A stretch of DNA of 49,129 nucleotides from Stegostoma tigrinum (lineage: Eukaryota), in contig NW_026728244.1 of NCBI RefSeq assembly GCF_030684315.1, forward strand, positions 124,001 to 173,129. Direction: 5' to 3'. The translations under genes and the position numbers were made by a program. Of the stretch, positions 46,854 through 49,129 are shown in pieces; position 1 is the stretch's first letter, and the number at the start of each line of letters is the position of its first letter. The notes under the pieces are model-generated. The model worked only from the letters and a program-made list of their open reading frames with translations, made no database searches and was not told the origin of the DNA.

Positions 46854-47569
46854 GAAACATGCTGGTAAATCTCTTCTGAACCCTCTGCAGCAGAATAATA
46901 TCCCTTCCTAAAACTGCTTGACCAAAAGTGGGCACAATGCTCCAGAGGAGGCTTTCCCAATGTACCGCACAACCGCAATGTGACGGCCCCAGCTCCTACA
47001 CTCCAAGGTTGATTGACCCTTTTATTTCTTCGATGTAGGTCTGTGAATGCAACTGTTTGCTTTTATGAAGAGATTAAGTGCTTGAAGAGATTTAAAATCG
47101 GGGATGTTTAGTCTCATATCTTGATTAATTACAGCCACGGCTCCTGGCATGGAAGGTGAAAGGGCCGACGATGGTCCTGAAGTTGACGTTGGGTTGGCCT
47201 AGAGGCTATAACGGGGCATGGAATGATCCCACGGTGCAAACATAAAAGGTGTTTTGCCCGTTCTGCTCGCCCTGCCCAGAGATGGAAACCGTCAACACAA
47301 GGCAGTTACACAGTGGAGCCGAAATCCTTCTCTGCTCTGGTATGGTGTCACGAGGCAGATGTTCATCGTCAACAGAAATGTGACAGACTGGGGAGGCAGA
47401 GCGGGGCCAGGTGAGGCGACGCATTACAAAGGAAGAGCCCACCGGTCCCCCACAAGCGCGAGGCGTTGCTGGAGACCTGATAAAGAACGCAGACCCAATC
47501 ACCGATGGCGGCGAGCTACTCTCGGTTGATGGGCCGAGTTAGGTTTGGACTGTCGGGGGTACATAGAAG

Positions 47570-48265
47570 TTCTGGAACATACGAAACAGGAGCAGGGAGT
47601 AGGCCATTCGGCCCAGTTCAGCCTCCTCTGCCACTCAATAAGATCAATTGCATGGATTCAGCTCCACTCACCATAAACCTGAGCACTTTTACTGTTCAAA
47701 AATCTATCTTCGCCTTAAAAACATTCAATGAAGTAGCTCCACTGGGCAGGGAACTCCACAGACTCTCAACCCTTTGGGTGAAGAAATTCCTCCTGAACTC
47801 ACCCCTAAATCTGCACCCCTTATTTTGAGGCTCGTTCTAGTTCCACCCAACAGCGGGAACAACCTCCCTGCTTCTATTGTAACTATTCCCTTCATATGTT
47901 TCGATAAGATTCCTCCCCCTCCCATTCTTCCAAATTCCCATGAGTATGGTCCCAGTTTACTCTACCTCTCCTCCGAAGCCGACCCTCTCAACTTCAGACT
48001 TAACCTCCTCTGCGCCCCATCCAGTTCCTCCTTTCTCAAGTAAGGAGAACAAAATTGTACACAGTACTCCAGATGTGGCCTCACCAGCACCCTACACACA
48101 GTAAACTCCCTAGTTTTAAACGCCATCCCTCTCGCAATGAAGGACAATATTCCATTTGTTTTCTTAATTACCTGCTGCACTTGCCAACCAACATTTTCTG
48201 GTTCGTGTACAAGGTCACCCAGGTCCCTCTGCATCTTCTCACTGTTTAAATTCTCAGTACACTTG
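47570..48265 (-). mobile_element. CR1 LINE 3' fragment
   Basis: LVRPHLEYCVQFCSPYLRK. Confidence 0.75.
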
Positions 48266-48925
48266 CAGTGCTCTCTGCCCATTTTGCTCAGTATTTACTT
48301 TAGTGTCTTTGGCAAACAGAAAGAGGTGGGGTGGGGTCATAGAGGATTCCTGGATAGATATTGGGATTGGGAAAGACAGAAGCAGTAACTTTTTTTAAAC
48401 CCCCAGCAGCATCCTTGACAGATACTCAACCCCAGTGATGTGACTCTTCAATTTTCTCTCATGAAATTCTTATTCAGCTGTTCACACTTCACGTGCTCCT
48501 TTCTAGTGACCTTTTTCGCACCTTCACCAGGTGTAATTCTCTCCATTACCCAACACTCACACAAATGCACTCAACTCCAAAGCCCAGCAAGCTCTGCTTG
48601 AACTTTCTTCCAGCACTGATGGTCTGGAACCTTCCAAATCTAAACTGGCCTTCCTACTGTCATGAATATTTTCCTGTTGAACTAGATGCAGTTTTATTGA
48701 CTGATTGATGGTTCTCACATGTCCTGAGATACTGTTCACAGTTTCTGTCAATATGTTAGACCAGTAGATTGAGCGTATGCCTGCCAAATTTGCTGAGAGG
48801 TCAGAAAGTGAGTTGCAAAGGGAACATAAAGAGGCTACTAAAGGATGTTGATTTGATTTATTGTTGTCACATGTTCTGAGGTATAATGTGAGAGGTGATG
48901 ATTTGTGTGTTACACGGACAGACTG

Positions 48926-49129
48926 TCACACACCACACTTAGTCCCCAACTCCAAAACATCTATGTAAAATATAAACAATTGTGGTCCCACCACTAATCC
49001 CTGAGGCACCCCAATAGACACCGACCACCAACCAGAAAAACACCCATTTACCCCTACTCTTTGCTTTCTACTGGTCAACCAATCCACTATCCAAGCCAAT
49101 ATGTTACCTGTAATACCGTGCAACTTTAT
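48926..49129 (-). mobile_element. CR1 LINE RT fragment
   Basis: WLTSRKQRVGVNG..GVPQG. Confidence 0.75.

Larger units (their letters stand above)
44040..47510 (+). pseudogene. WA: third WA-like gene, probably a pseudogene (leader 44040-44097; degenerate alpha1 exon about 47280-47510)
   Basis: Leader MEFRGICLLILVTAVRAQT differs from WA-1 by one residue. The downstream segment LLWYGVTRQMFIVNRNVTDWGGRAGPGEATHYKGRA aligns with WA-1 [36 protein letters not shown] but is out of frame with the acceptor; the acceptor frame stops at TGA 47381. Confidence 0.65.

Overview
Eukaryotic genomic DNA, very likely from a cartilaginous fish (inferred from HER1/CR1-type LINEs, a HE1-type SINE, Penelope elements and the MHC genes). 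Between repeats and minisatellites lies a cluster of spliced MHC-family genes that the ORF track shows only in fragments. There are two head-to-head alpha/beta pairs: alpha-1 (minus, 10284->4865) with beta-1 (plus, 11255->22352), and alpha-2 (minus, 31817->26333) with beta-2 (plus, 32488->41025). A third, apparently pseudogenised alpha gene (plus, from 44040) carries a promoter and leader that are a near-identical inverted copy of those of alpha-1. All four intact genes have class II architecture (leader, one groove domain, one C1-Ig domain, TM, tail). However, the alpha Ig domains carry beta2-microglobulin hallmarks (Y10, L/I54, F56, W60, no core C-strand Trp), and the beta chains carry class I alpha2/alpha3 hallmarks (Q96, AYDG, D122, P235, no class II W153). 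This matches the ancient 'W-category' MHC (WA/WB) reported by Okamura, Dijkstra, Hashimoto and colleagues (PNAS 2021). Exon boundaries were derived by hand from GT-AG sites and reading-frame phase; no database search was run.
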